Shown: positions 1 to 11,075 of the stretch, one piece after another | How the letters are laid out: the number at the start of each line of letters is the position of its first letter | Numbering within the stretch: position 1 is the first letter of the stretch | From: a virus | Lineage: Duplodnaviria; Caudoviricetes | IMG/VR virus record: IMGVR_UViG_3300024493_000235 | Span: 128,001-192,000 of that record | Length of the DNA stretch: 64,000 nt | Reading direction: 5' to 3' (one strand) | Position numbers and translations under genes: made by a program | Notes under the pieces: generated by a model | Seen by the model: only the letters and a program-made list of their open reading frames with translations | Database searches by the model: none | What the model was told of the DNA's origin: nothing

Positions 1-663
1 AGCGTCAACGGCTTCTTTTGAACGAATCTTTATTTCAAGAGTATCCTTTATGGCTTCTCTTCTTCGCGCTTCATCGTAATAAGGAGATGTGGGATCGGTC
101 TTTCCGGCTATGATGGCATCAACATCGTTATTTAATTGCTCGATCACAATATTCATCGTATTACGATCGAATGCGCCAATTTTTATCATGCCCTGTATTT
201 CTTCCTCTGTGAATCTAAGAAGAGATGGATTTTCCAAATACATATCAAGCTGCATTAATGTATTCTGATGATACTCCATATCCTTCTTAGTCAATTCATC
301 CGTTTCAGGAACAGGAACCGCCATTACATCATTGGATGTATCAACATTTTCTTGCTGTGGCGTTTTTTCAACTTCTGTAACGGTGATATCGCTAGCTGTA
401 TCCGCAGAAGTATCATTAGGTTTTTTTTCAGGAAGACATATCGTATCAAAGTCGATACCCGTCATTCTTTTGAAGTTTTCTTTAAGGGTGTTATAATCTG
501 TCTCGTTGTGACATGCGGCGAGTTTTTGTTTCATCTCTTCGATGAACGGTTTATTTCTCTCGTCATCAATTACAACTTTTACAAAGTTTTTTGACGGATC
601 ATCCCGAGTAAACTCGGATTCTCCTGTTGGAAGCGGGAGTGTAATTTCTTCTGTTTGTAACAT
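1..663 (-). CDS. Hypothetical protein, 3'-truncated by the window edge (MLQTEEITLPLPTGESEF...)
   Basis: ATG at 663, 6 nt after the stop of the upstream minus-strand gene, with a GGAG-type RBS. The frame is open to position 1. Not in the ORF track because it has no stop in the window. Confidence 0.8.
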   Translation of the reverse strand, partial: MLQTEEITLPLPTGESEFTRDDPSKNFVKVVIDDERNKPFIEEMKQKLAACHNETDYNTLKENFKRMTGIDFDTICLPEKKPNDTSADTASDITVTEVEKTPQQENVDTSNDVMAVPVPETDELTKKDMEYHQNTLMQLDMYLENPSLLRFTEEEIQGMIKIGAFDRNTMNIVIEQLNNDVDAIIAGKTDPTSPYYDEARRREAIKDTLEIKIRSKEAVDA

Positions 664-669
664 AATCCT

Positions 670-1455
670 TTATTCTCCTTCATCGTTATCGTTTGGATTT
701 TTCTGCGGGAAACACGGAATCATTCTTTGCTGAACTGATATTTTTAAAGCCTCATAGCTTAAAGTATTTGAATACGCTCTACGAAGATATTTTATAAACT
801 TTGGTACATCAAACTGAAGATATATAACTTCGTACAGATTAAATATCGAAGTATATTCGATATCTTCTTTGTTAGCATTATAAAGACAGTAAACAATTGT
901 CTCTGGAGTTATATATTCATCAGTCTGGAATATAAGATCAATTATGTCAGAATACTTAATTGCTATAATAGCGTCAACTTTATTTTTGAACGTTTTTCTT
1001 GCATTTTTAAGCGATACGTTCCCTTGAAGTTGGTTTGCGAAAAATCCTGCAAAATGCTCTTTATGGTATAATATCGTAGAAACAAGAAATTCGATCATAT
1101 TGCGATGAATTCCAAAAACAAAAGTGCTGTAAATACTGTTTATGACTTCGGGGTCAAAAACCTGTCCCGCAGTATCAAGAATTATACCGCAGTTGTTATA
1201 CATCGAATTGATCACATCAGTATAAAACCAATCCATATCGGCCCTGTTTTTTGCAATGGCATCAGAGTCGACTTCATTATCTTCTGATTCCCTGTTATCA
1301 TCACGATACTTTAAAAGCATATAAAATACATTCAAGAAATTCTTTGTGAATGTATGGACAGGCTCAGCTACAGTTATCTGTTTTTGAACTTCTCCCCGTA
1401 ATTGGTCATTTGACATCATCATATCCATTTCGCTAAGAACGTCAGGATCATACAT
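670..1455 (-). CDS. Hypothetical protein, probably late/virion-associated (261 aa)
   Basis: Long ORF with GGAGG RBS and an AACA-N6-TA motif at 1491-1502. Confidence 0.8.
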   Translation of the reverse strand: MYDPDVLSEMDMMMSNDQLRGEVQKQITVAEPVHTFTKNFLNVFYMLLKYRDDNRESEDNEVDSDAIAKNRADMDWFYTDVINSMYNNCGIILDTAGQVFDPEVINSIYSTFVFGIHRNMIEFLVSTILYHKEHFAGFFANQLQGNVSLKNARKTFKNKVDAIIAIKYSDIIDLIFQTDEYITPETIVYCLYNANKEDIEYTSIFNLYEVIYLQFDVPKFIKYLRRAYSNTLSYEALKISVQQRMIPCFPQKNPNDNDEGE

Positions 1456-1569
1456 AAAATTTTACCTCCATGAAGTTGGGACTAACATATTATGAAATTG
1501 TTGTAATTCAAAATTACGATGAAACAATTTTGATTTTGCCTATATATAATGAGATTAAGGGGATGAAAA

Positions 1570-3402
1570 ATGACACAATCACATATAGTCCCTGTACATT
1601 ATCCGCATATTGAACACCGAAAAGCAACTTTTAGTCCAGACGGAACTATTCTCGAGCAAGATGCAAGGGTATACAGCAGTCCTGAAGCAGTTCAACAATT
1701 CTTCTGTGCTGAACTTGAAAGGGAAAAATTAAAATATGAATATTCGCTACAAAACGCGCTCCAAAGCTATCAACATCAACAAGTAATGTACGGCATGCAA
1801 TTACAAGGTTTTTTAGCAGCAGTTGAAGTTGAAATGCAGCGAATGGACAATGAGCGACAGAGGTTGCAATTAGAAAATCAAAATTTTCAATTGTATGCCG
1901 AAAAACAAATAGCCATTTTAACGGCACAAATAGAAAATACAATAGATAAGTCTAAACAACTTGCTATAGAAGATAGTTCTCAATACATGGTAGGCAAAGA
2001 TTTTGCAGAAGATGCTCAATATGAGGTTATAAGCCCCATAGGTACGGAAGCCAAGAGCCCTTTTGATAAATCCGCTAAGTCTACAACACATATACAAGGA
2101 GGGAGTATGTCGGATGAAAAAACGGATGATCAAACAGAAGAAAGTGGTATAACTTCTGCATCCTCTGAGGAATACCTTCAAAAGCTAATTACGGACAAAG
2201 ATTACGTGATGGCTAATAAAGAGTATTTTGGGTTAATATTCGATTATAAAACTAATCGAATGAACAATGTTCCATTGAACTTCTATTTGGAGTTTGATAA
2301 GTTTAGGGATAACACGATGGTGATGAATTGGTGGCCTGACAATGGCAAAAACACAATTGACAAACCGCCTGAAACAATTCCGAAGACGCCAAATGGCTGG
2401 GAACCTGTCGATTACGTTCATGGATTTACAATTCCGTGCGAAACGTATGCAATGACGGGAACAGACGAAAACGACGTTGACGAATGGCAGTTCAGAAATG
2501 TTAAAAGTCAGCGTCTTACGATCTTCAAGCATTTCATACCGTCGAGTTTAAAAATGTATGCGGGAGAGAGTACGGACATCTACTGGGAAGCCTGGGACAT
2601 TCTTTTCAATACGGAATGGAAAGAAATCGTCGGGAAAGTAGCCGGTGGAATAGTTAAAGGGCAAGTGGGAATAATACGAACCTTAAGAAATGAGGCCAAC
2701 GGATTCTCAACATCGTATCTCACGATGTATATGCGCAATAACTCTCTGTCGCAGTATTTTGATTCGGAATACATCCGAAAGTATCGTGAGAAAGAAAGGT
2801 TAAGAAGAGAGGACGGTGCTAAAAACATTGACATGAGAATCAACGTTGAAATACAATATCCTCTTAAGTGGGCCGATTATCCGAGTGTAACGTATCCTGA
2901 TGGAACTATCGTTATGGACAAAACCGACCCGACCTTCACAGTTAAAGGAGCGATGGAACGCATCACACAGCTCATAGCCGAACTCGAAACACCTGAAGAC
3001 GAATTTGAAAATCCTACAGTGAAACACCTGCAGAAATTGTATTTGGATTTCCAAAATTATTTATGCTTCGGTCATTTCGTTAGCGCCCTATTGTATGCAC
3101 ACACAATAAACAAAAACAGGGAGTTCGTAATTATTGAGCAGATTTCAGCATCAAATGACTCAACAATGAAGCTTATTAATGAAGAGTCAAAGACAGAAAT
3201 CCGTCGTGAATGGAATATTTTCTGTAATGAGTTTGCGTACTGTGACACAAACTGCCAATCGGAAAAGTTCATGTGTAAGTATCATTCCCAAACCGATAGC
3301 TTTGTCATAACCAGGATGTTCCGTACCCATCCGATTATCGGCAGAGCAAAAGCAATCGTTTCTCGAGAGATCGAAGAAGAAAAAAGGAGGAACGGTTCCT
3401 AG
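1570..3402 (+). CDS. Hypothetical protein with N-terminal coiled coil (610 aa)
   Basis: Long ORF, AAGGGG RBS, TATATATAAT at 1541-1550, terminator downstream. Confidence 0.85.
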   Translation: MTQSHIVPVHYPHIEHRKATFSPDGTILEQDARVYSSPEAVQQFFCAELEREKLKYEYSLQNALQSYQHQQVMYGMQLQGFLAAVEVEMQRMDNERQRLQLENQNFQLYAEKQIAILTAQIENTIDKSKQLAIEDSSQYMVGKDFAEDAQYEVISPIGTEAKSPFDKSAKSTTHIQGGSMSDEKTDDQTEESGITSASSEEYLQKLITDKDYVMANKEYFGLIFDYKTNRMNNVPLNFYLEFDKFRDNTMVMNWWPDNGKNTIDKPPETIPKTPNGWEPVDYVHGFTIPCETYAMTGTDENDVDEWQFRNVKSQRLTIFKHFIPSSLKMYAGESTDIYWEAWDILFNTEWKEIVGKVAGGIVKGQVGIIRTLRNEANGFSTSYLTMYMRNNSLSQYFDSEYIRKYREKERLRREDGAKNIDMRINVEIQYPLKWADYPSVTYPDGTIVMDKTDPTFTVKGAMERITQLIAELETPEDEFENPTVKHLQKLYLDFQNYLCFGHFVSALLYAHTINKNREFVIIEQISASNDSTMKLINEESKTEIRREWNIFCNEFAYCDTNCQSEKFMCKYHSQTDSFVITRMFRTHPIIGRAKAIVSREIEEEKRRNGS

Positions 3403-3413
3403 TACCAAGGTTT

Positions 3414-3450
3414 ACATCGGAGGGCATTTTGCCCTCCGATGTTTTTTATT
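3414..3450. terminator. Intrinsic terminator between convergent genes
   Basis: ACATCGGAGGGCA-ttt-TGCCCTCCGATGT followed by a T-tract. Confidence 0.85.
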
Positions 3451-5827
3451 TGTTGTCTAAAAACGCGTTTATAATAGTATCAAGAGTCGTATCGCTCATA
3501 TTATCAGAGATACCTTGTCTCATGCGTTCTCTTAAAATGTTTTGTTCTCGTATATATCGTGCCTTCTCGATATTGTTTTTTTTGGCCATCTTGGCTGTAA
3601 CAATTTTCCTATCGAGTTCCTCGGATTTCTGTCTCTTATATTGCTCTCTTTCTGATATACTCATGCCAGTCATCGTTTGTTGTATGTCTTCGGCTAAGAC
3701 ATCGTCCATTTCAAGTTCTTCAATAACTTCTGTTTCTGTAAGGTCAAGTAAAGATTCTTCAGAACCAAAAACCATTTCCGCTATATCGGCATAGGAGTTA
3801 TTGCCTTTATCGAATTCTGATTCATGAGTAAGAGAATTTCTTGTATCAACACTAAGAGTCGGTTTCATGTCAATAATAGAATTATAATTATTCTTCCCAA
3901 GAAATGCTGTAGTTTGAATTTTTATTACATCTTCCAATGTACTCATCGATTTTTCGAGTAGATCAGATTCTTCTATTCGTTTAGCGTCGTCGGCTAACGA
4001 CATAGGTCTTATATATCCTATAGGATAATCATATCTATCCGCAAGAATTTTAGAATAACAAAGCACCCACAATCCTATAAGATATGCTAAAAGAATATCG
4101 TCGTGTTTTCCAAATTTGTGCTCCAATTTTCCTTTTTTGTTTCTGACAATATTATTAAGTTCAAGAAATATGTCGTTATCATGAAGTACGTCGTATAATT
4201 CGTTTATGATAATTCCAAGTAACTCAGAAAACATTTGTGCACGTCTTGGAGTTGTTGTATCAAAACCATAAGCTACAGCCCTTGTTTTATTTGTAAGATT
4301 AATATTGTCAGCCGTTGAAAGATAAAACGTTTCATTTGTAGTTTTAGTATCGGGTTCTAAAGCTGAAGCATACAATCTTGTTATAAGTTCCGGTTTTAAT
4401 GTCATAATATTATCGATGATGGCAACACCCATGTTATTTTTTTCGATAGCAATAAGTGCATTTACAAACATTGTTGCGACATCAATAATACAATATGTAA
4501 ATATCGTAGTATTAGAATATGCGGTTCTTGCATTACTGCGAAGTGTTCCTATAAGCTCAAAAGTTTGAGGATCAATAATTACTAATGAAGAATAATCATT
4601 TTCAAGCATACCAGAACAGTCAACTGATATGACGTATTTTTTCTTTACATCTGGTTTCTTAAATATTTTAAGAACGTATGTGTTACGAATCGTTATCGTT
4701 CCTATAGGAGGAGTTACATACCGATAAACCCTTTCCAATTGTTCTTTGGTAAACGGAGAATCGTTGGACCTTCTTGACCACATAAGAAGAACTTCGCGGG
4801 TAATGGTTTCCAAGTTATTCTGCATAACTTTACATATATCACGAAAGTAATCTTCTCCAAAACCAAGTTGCTTATAAGAAAAACGAATATAAACAAAATT
4901 ATTCTTTGATTGTGTATCGATGAGAGTGCGAAGAGAATCCATATCGGGCTGATCGTAAAACAGTTTTTCATCAAACCCGATACATTGTGGAAGCATATCA
5001 TAAAATATAAAATCCCCTTCCTCGGTTCCAAGAACTCCAGGAGTTGATGTACATATCCTACAATATGGAGCTCCATTCATCTTTGCAAAATCTTTTGCTT
5101 TGCTCCATGCAGGGGCCGAGTTCAAAAATATTGTTTTACAACTTGGAATATGTGGAAGCTCGTCAAACCATTGTTCAGGTTCTGTAGCACCGCGCGATTT
5201 ATTCATAGCCTGTTGCTCTGTAGCAGGAGGATTGCGAACGATGATGCGGTTATTTGTACTTTCAGATTTAAGTGATTCTTTATTGATGCTGTCTTTTTTT
5301 TCATCCATCATCTGAAGATACCATGGAAGATTCTTAAGTACATCTTTTACACGCTCAAGGTTATCCTTTACGATAACAGGGGTATTTGCAAAAAATGATG
5401 TATTTAAATTAACTCCACCAAATGCCCATACATATCCCATAAAAGCTGCGACGGTACCTGTCTTTGTAGTCTGACGTGGAATCTCTACATAACAGTTTAT
5501 GTTATTTGTCATAAGCCATGAGAGTGCCAAATTTCCACGATTAAATACAAATGGTGTAACGCCTCCTGGAGCATTTATTCGTACGATTTCTCGTAGATAA
5601 TACCAATAGTTTCGTACAATTTCGGCATGCACTCTTCTTTGCATTTCTACCGATAAATGTTTATCGAACGGATCTATATATTTTAAGTCTTCATCATATA
5701 GTGTTAACATGAATTTGCTGTTTTTAACACTTAGGGATTTTAATATATGCCAAATTTTTATAGCTGATAAATTTTGGGTATTGTGATGAATATGTGGCTC
5801 TAATAAATGTACAGGTCCTTCATTCAT
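3446..5827 (-). CDS. terL: Terminase large subunit (793 aa) with acidic/coiled-coil C-terminal extension
   Basis: Walker A EIPRQTTKT, Walker B QWFDE, coupling motif TSTPG, RNase H-like nuclease VISVDCSG...IEKNNMG...HDDILLA. Confidence 0.93.
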   Translation of the reverse strand: MNEGPVHLLEPHIHHNTQNLSAIKIWHILKSLSVKNSKFMLTLYDEDLKYIDPFDKHLSVEMQRRVHAEIVRNYWYYLREIVRINAPGGVTPFVFNRGNLALSWLMTNNINCYVEIPRQTTKTGTVAAFMGYVWAFGGVNLNTSFFANTPVIVKDNLERVKDVLKNLPWYLQMMDEKKDSINKESLKSESTNNRIIVRNPPATEQQAMNKSRGATEPEQWFDELPHIPSCKTIFLNSAPAWSKAKDFAKMNGAPYCRICTSTPGVLGTEEGDFIFYDMLPQCIGFDEKLFYDQPDMDSLRTLIDTQSKNNFVYIRFSYKQLGFGEDYFRDICKVMQNNLETITREVLLMWSRRSNDSPFTKEQLERVYRYVTPPIGTITIRNTYVLKIFKKPDVKKKYVISVDCSGMLENDYSSLVIIDPQTFELIGTLRSNARTAYSNTTIFTYCIIDVATMFVNALIAIEKNNMGVAIIDNIMTLKPELITRLYASALEPDTKTTNETFYLSTADNINLTNKTRAVAYGFDTTTPRRAQMFSELLGIIINELYDVLHDNDIFLELNNIVRNKKGKLEHKFGKHDDILLAYLIGLWVLCYSKILADRYDYPIGYIRPMSLADDAKRIEESDLLEKSMSTLEDVIKIQTTAFLGKNNYNSIIDMKPTLSVDTRNSLTHESEFDKGNNSYADIAEMVFGSEESLLDLTETEVIEELEMDDVLAEDIQQTMTGMSISEREQYKRQKSEELDRKIVTAKMAKKNNIEKARYIREQNILRERMRQGISDNMSDTTLDTIINAFLDNK

Positions 5828-5857
5828 GTAATTCTCCTATTATACATACGTTCAATA

Positions 5858-5889
5858 TAATGGCTAGTGGGAAAACCCACTAGCCATTA
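5858..5889 (-). terminator. Hairpin terminator after the 580-aa gene
   Basis: TAATGGCTAGTGGG-aaaa-CCCACTAGCCATTA, a perfect 14-bp stem. Confidence 0.75.
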
Positions 5890-5894
5890 AAAAG

Positions 5895-7637
5895 TTATGT
5901 CGTAACAGGATTTATTGTTTTATCGATAACAGTCTCAACTCTCTTTAGCACAAGGTCAAAATATTCAGCATTTTTGGCATCTTCTTCACTTAACGTTCTT
6001 GCAGTTGAATGTGCCAAGATATCCCTATACGCTTTTACATCAAGAAGAATACCAAGAGCATCTTCATAGCATTGTATGTTTGTTGTGCGATATGAAATTT
6101 CTTTACACGCTGCAAATGAATTCTTTGTGTTAAGAATATCTTTAGCCACTTCGATAGCATCCTTTTGTATCTCCACAGTTGTACTCTCATTTGTAACAGA
6201 AGATTTTCCTATAAAAGAGTATGCTCCTGTGATATACTGGTCATCATACACCTTTTGTGATGCGACCTGTCCATCATTAGCGTGGCGAGTTATTGGAACG
6301 CTGCTTGTTTTAGCACCGGCTATGTTTTTAACAATGTAAAACATATTATCCCCATGCTTGACAATGGCATTCCGTAATTCAAAAAAGTAATCAGTCATCA
6401 AGCTGTCAGTGTCTCCAACACTGGAGAGATGCTGTTTTATGTCTTCAAGAAGGTTTATAGCTTTACTCTTGTAAGTTTGAGCTGAATTTCTCGATACCTG
6501 TCCCTCTGTGATTAACGCCGTAATTATAAAGCACATAACACGACGTACAACCATCATAAGAGCACCTCTTTCTTCTGCAATTTTCTCTGAGTTAACGATT
6601 GTTACAACGTTTACGGCATCGATATAACTCTTATGATTGTTTAACTGTTCGACGTTGCAAGTTTTGGCAAGTGTTTCATACAATAAAGTCGCGTAAATAT
6701 TATTCGGATTTAAAAGCTGTATCGTGCTTATAACTTTCTGAATGCCGAAAGCTTTTATAAGCGGAAAACCGATTCCGCTCCTAATAAGAGCTTCAATGCA
6801 TTCAAACAGTTTCTTTTGGAAATATATCGATGCTGTATACTCTTTCAAGATAAATTCGTATATCATCATCGACAAGCCTTCAGAAAGATCTGCATCAACT
6901 CTTAAATTGATGGCGATTATCGGGAGAATGAAATCTGTATATTTGTTTACAACTGCAGATAACGTTGCCATTCCGGAAGTCCCAAGACTTCTGTTATCGA
7001 AATTGAAATCTTCACAGATTCTTAAAAGATCTGTTGAAACGGATGTAATTGATATTTCAACACGAGAAGAAGTATCTATGTCACTTCCGTGTATACTTTT
7101 TCTCGCATCTCCAGGATAATATTTTTTCAAGGATTTTGTAGTTCGATACAGTGCCCTCGATGAAGGGTATATCGCCATAATTGGGATTGCTTTCGCTGCT
7201 TCTCTCATACCGTCCATGTATTCAAAAAATGTGGTCTCTTTTACACACACAAATGGAAGCATATCGTATACTGTTGGATTTGTAACCCTTGTCGGCGTAT
7301 TGTCAATAACAAGATCGACAAAATCAATATCGTGACAAAAATCGCAAGAAATAAATCCTTGCGGATGCTGTTCATTTCGTTTAGCCAAAATACATGTGTT
7401 TAAGTTATTAACAGCGCCACTTATGGCTTTTTGAAACGAAAGGTCTTTTGGATTACTAAGAACCGTAGCATTTGGAATACTTTGAAGTAAATCCTGAAAA
7501 AATCTTAAAAAGAATCCTTGCCACGAATTATATGCTATTGTGAAAAGTTCTTTTAAATCCCCTGTTATATTTGTAGGATTTGAATGACTTTCCTGCATTT
7601 CATGTGTATCGGGGGTTGTAATTACTACATCGCTCAT
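5895..7637 (-). CDS. Hypothetical protein, probably virion (580 aa)
   Basis: Long ORF, AAGGAG RBS, AACA-N6-TA at 7665-7676. Confidence 0.85.
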   Translation of the reverse strand: MSDVVITTPDTHEMQESHSNPTNITGDLKELFTIAYNSWQGFFLRFFQDLLQSIPNATVLSNPKDLSFQKAISGAVNNLNTCILAKRNEQHPQGFISCDFCHDIDFVDLVIDNTPTRVTNPTVYDMLPFVCVKETTFFEYMDGMREAAKAIPIMAIYPSSRALYRTTKSLKKYYPGDARKSIHGSDIDTSSRVEISITSVSTDLLRICEDFNFDNRSLGTSGMATLSAVVNKYTDFILPIIAINLRVDADLSEGLSMMIYEFILKEYTASIYFQKKLFECIEALIRSGIGFPLIKAFGIQKVISTIQLLNPNNIYATLLYETLAKTCNVEQLNNHKSYIDAVNVVTIVNSEKIAEERGALMMVVRRVMCFIITALITEGQVSRNSAQTYKSKAINLLEDIKQHLSSVGDTDSLMTDYFFELRNAIVKHGDNMFYIVKNIAGAKTSSVPITRHANDGQVASQKVYDDQYITGAYSFIGKSSVTNESTTVEIQKDAIEVAKDILNTKNSFAACKEISYRTTNIQCYEDALGILLDVKAYRDILAHSTARTLSEEDAKNAEYFDLVLKRVETVIDKTINPVTT

Positions 7638-7683
7638 AGAAAAATCTCCTTTTCGAGGTTAATTTATTAAGATGTTTCCACAT

Positions 7684-8274
7684 CTATTTTTTAAAGACAA
7701 ACTTGTAGTTACGCAAAATCTTCATAACTTCTTGACTTTTATGCCATACATACGTGTATCCATCTCCTGGCCATTTTGCAATACGATGAAATCCTAAATT
7801 TTCGTAGAATTTATAATTCATTGTTCTCATAGTTCCGACTTCTACAAGTCTATCACCAATTGTATTTAAAAATGTAATTACAAGCTTCGTGCCGATTCTC
7901 TGCCCTTATAATTCGGATGGCATACCAAAAGGTCAATTATTGCTTCATAATCGATAGATTTCTTTTTTATAATATCAATAAACTCTGGGTTATTACGAAA
8001 AATAAATTGCAATCCTCTATGCAACTTCTTCTCAGGATTTAAAGGTTCTTTTGACATAAAGCAAATAATAGCTACAAGGTGCTTTCCGCACCTTACAGTT
8101 ACGATATAATCATCTAATTTAACCTCATCGAGCACATTTGAATCCATATGAGACATATCAAAAAAAACACAATTTTTCAATTTCTTTTTATAGATTGACA
8201 TCAATTTTCTTTATTCTTTCATAAGTGAGCTTTAAAGACAGTTTTTCGGAGATAGATTCAAAAGCATTCTGCAT
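7684..8274 (-). pseudogene. Frameshifted GNAT acetyltransferase
   Basis: ATG 8274 with AAGGAG RBS (MQNAFESISEK). One frameshift near 8205. A second at ~7898, where restoring one G gives VCHPNYKGR[G]IGTKLV...NYKFYENLGF (GNAT motifs A/B). Ends TAG at 7684. Confidence 0.8.
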
Positions 8275-8370
8275 AATATGCTCCTTTTGTAAAAAATAGT
8301 CTACAAAAATGTTAGCCAATATTTAAGATAAGTATATATAATTTAAGTAACTAAAATAGGAGGGTTTATA

Positions 8371-8898
8371 ATGGAGCTCGGATTTCATTACTTTATTGTC
8401 AAAGTGCAAGAAGGAAAAGGCGCTGTTTGTGCAATACGAAGTGTTGATAATGAAAATGAATTATTAATTATCGATGCATTTGGTTTTGGCGTTAAACTCG
8501 GAGAATATATAAAATATATCGTTTTTCCAAAAGACAATACTGATAAAATCGTCGTTACAGATGGAAAATTAAGACTCCAAGATTTAAGTGAACAATTTGG
8601 AATATCGTCCGGAACTGAAAGAAGCAAAGTTGGTTATATAGCGACAGGTTATACCGTAGGAACAGTTGTCGAAGAAATTGAATTCGGTGCTTATACAAAC
8701 TTAAAGCAAGAATACCTTCAAACATTTTTTGATCCATATGGTAGATTCAAAAAGAAAAAAGATGCCCTTATCGCATTAAAAGAAGGATCTGGGCATTTTA
8801 AAGAATCTTGTCTTAAAAAACCAACAGATAAATCCGGAGTTGGTATTTCTAAAGATGCAATGAGAAAAGGATTTAAAACTCGCAGTAACGTTTTTTAA
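8371..8898 (+). CDS. Hypothetical protein (175 aa)
   Basis: AGGAGG RBS, TATATATAAT at 8333-8342. Confidence 0.8.
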   Translation: MELGFHYFIVKVQEGKGAVCAIRSVDNENELLIIDAFGFGVKLGEYIKYIVFPKDNTDKIVVTDGKLRLQDLSEQFGISSGTERSKVGYIATGYTVGTVVEEIEFGAYTNLKQEYLQTFFDPYGRFKKKKDALIALKEGSGHFKESCLKKPTDKSGVGISKDAMRKGFKTRSNVF

Positions 8899-8935
8899 TT
8901 AAAAAATGATTTCTAAAATATACAGGGAGGCTTAA

Positions 8936-10081
8936 ATGGAAGCTAAAACAATTGTCAACATGATACAAGATGTTATCACAGTTGAAGGTGGATTTGTAAG
9001 AGGTATAATTCTTGAGAAACGCGCAAAACTCAAATTGTACCTTGAGGAACTTAACAAACATGTGCTAACTTGCGGAGATTGGGTTAGCGTCATAAAACGT
9101 GCTATACACGAAAAGAAACACAGTCCCAGGTACTTTGGGGAATGTAATATGGCAGGACTTACTACTTTGTGCAGCCTTACAGTTCCTAACCTGACGGAAA
9201 TCGGGAAAACACTCATTTCTGAATGTCCTGATAATAAAGTTGACAAATACTTTAACGACCTTTTAAGTGAAACATATGTCGATATGTTTGGAGGTTTCAC
9301 ATACAGTGATGTACAGAACTTCAAAATATTTGAAAATTCGGTTGTAAAACTTCGTGGCAGCGATGTTATTGCAAACGAAAACGCAAGTCATTTGCAATCA
9401 TGCGAAACGAATTACGATATTGCGCTTCTTGCTGTAAAGATATTGATGTCGTTATTTGGTGCGCATCTGACTATTAAATTTTGGAAAGATTTTCCAAACA
9501 CCACAATACTTGTCTCCGAAATTAGAGTAAGAGGTAATACGTGTGTTGTAGATTTCAATCTTGACATATTTCCAAACGAATATGTACCATTCGATTGGAC
9601 TCAATCTCCAGGATATTGTATCGGTTGTGGGCATGCTACACAGTACAAATTCACTGGAACGTTTGGACAACCGGGTTCCCCCATATATCCACAATATGGA
9701 ATGTCGTCACAGCATTTTAATCATCCGCAAGATCAGATAAACAAACAGTTTGCTGATATGAATGGTTATGCTGGAACGATAAAAGGAAGATTTCCCAAAC
9801 AAAACGAAAACTTGGAAGATTACCTTGCGAGAATAAAAAGGGAAGATGAAGAAAGTTCCGATGCAGCCAAACAAGAAAACCCGAATGAAACTCCAAATCC
9901 CTTCCAACAAAACTATTGCCAGGTAATACCTTTACACGATCAATGGGGATCTCCTACTCCCATGTGTGGGCCGTTTGCAGGAGGGACTCATAAGGACGTA
10001 AAATTCAGGTTCTTTATGGATCAAACCATGTACTTGAAGTTCCAACAATTCATTCTAACTGAACCAGTTCTTAAGGATTAG
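8936..10081 (+). CDS. Hypothetical protein (381 aa)
   Basis: GGGAGG RBS, long ORF, one CxxC (CIGCG). Confidence 0.85.
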   Translation: MEAKTIVNMIQDVITVEGGFVRGIILEKRAKLKLYLEELNKHVLTCGDWVSVIKRAIHEKKHSPRYFGECNMAGLTTLCSLTVPNLTEIGKTLISECPDNKVDKYFNDLLSETYVDMFGGFTYSDVQNFKIFENSVVKLRGSDVIANENASHLQSCETNYDIALLAVKILMSLFGAHLTIKFWKDFPNTTILVSEIRVRGNTCVVDFNLDIFPNEYVPFDWTQSPGYCIGCGHATQYKFTGTFGQPGSPIYPQYGMSSQHFNHPQDQINKQFADMNGYAGTIKGRFPKQNENLEDYLARIKREDEESSDAAKQENPNETPNPFQQNYCQVIPLHDQWGSPTPMCGPFAGGTHKDVKFRFFMDQTMYLKFQQFILTEPVLKD

Positions 10082-10135
10082 CAAAGACAAAAACTCTCAG
10101 TTGAGAGGATGCTATATTTTATTAAGGAGTGACAT

Positions 10136-11017
10136 ATGATCACAGTCAAGAAGACAAGGGAAATGCGTATCGTGCGGTTGTACGAATACGAAAATTCCGC
10201 CACAAAACAAAAACAGGATTGTTTGAAACAAATCGAAGAATTCTGTGCCAAACACGGCCTTGTAAAGAAGGAAAGAAAAACTGAAGTTGAACACCGCGTA
10301 TGGCGCGTTCATACTAAGTGGTACAAAGCGGAAGACGCCGAAAAGGAACTGGAATCAAAATGGGCAATTGTTTTGGTATCAACTTACCATTTTGACAATC
10401 TAACCCTTCCGTTGTTCTCAAGAGCTTTGTATCTCGATAACAAGTTCTTCAAAGAACACTTTTCGAAAGAAATTTTCAATGAAGCCACCGAACTGATAGA
10501 CCACATGATGCCAATGCATAATCCCGAACTTGTCGATCTTAACAACAACGTAGGTTCCGACAAGATCGAGTACAATTTCGAAGCCACAGGCCACCAGATC
10601 TATGAGTGTGATATTCCGGGAAATCCAAACCCGAAAGCATCGAACTACGGATACCTTCAAACAGAAACCTGCGCAATCGGCATGACCTTTACAGATTACC
10701 TTCTGCAGGGTATTGACGGGTGCCGGTTTAAATCTTCTGACGGAAGATTTATCATATCTCATCGGTATGTAACCGATGACGATGCTTTCATCATATACGG
10801 ACACGATCAGTCAGATGGTACAGTGTACAATATTCTGACGATTTCATCGGAAAAGAGAGATTCCAGCGAAGAACTTCGCAAATACAGTGTTACATTCGTC
10901 GCTGATCTCTTTAACTACTTCCCTGAGTTTTATGACGCAGTATCAAATATCTTGAATGGTGAATCTTTCGAACTCTCCTCGGGCTATTTAAAACTCGCCT
11001 CCAGGTACTTCGCTTAA
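10136..11017 (+). CDS. Hypothetical protein (293 aa)
   Basis: AAGGAG RBS, long ORF, followed by a terminator. Confidence 0.85.
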   Translation: MITVKKTREMRIVRLYEYENSATKQKQDCLKQIEEFCAKHGLVKKERKTEVEHRVWRVHTKWYKAEDAEKELESKWAIVLVSTYHFDNLTLPLFSRALYLDNKFFKEHFSKEIFNEATELIDHMMPMHNPELVDLNNNVGSDKIEYNFEATGHQIYECDIPGNPNPKASNYGYLQTETCAIGMTFTDYLLQGIDGCRFKSSDGRFIISHRYVTDDDAFIIYGHDQSDGTVYNILTISSEKRDSSEELRKYSVTFVADLFNYFPEFYDAVSNILNGESFELSSGYLKLASRYFA

Positions 11018-11024
11018 CAGTTAA

Positions 11025-11058
11025 AATCCGGGGCCATAGTGGCCCCGGATTGTTTTTT
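11025..11058. terminator. Intrinsic terminator, probably bidirectional
   Basis: AATCCGGGGCCA-tag-TGGCCCCGGATT plus T-tract, between convergent genes. Confidence 0.85.
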
Positions 11059-11075
11059 GAAAATTGTGCACAAAA

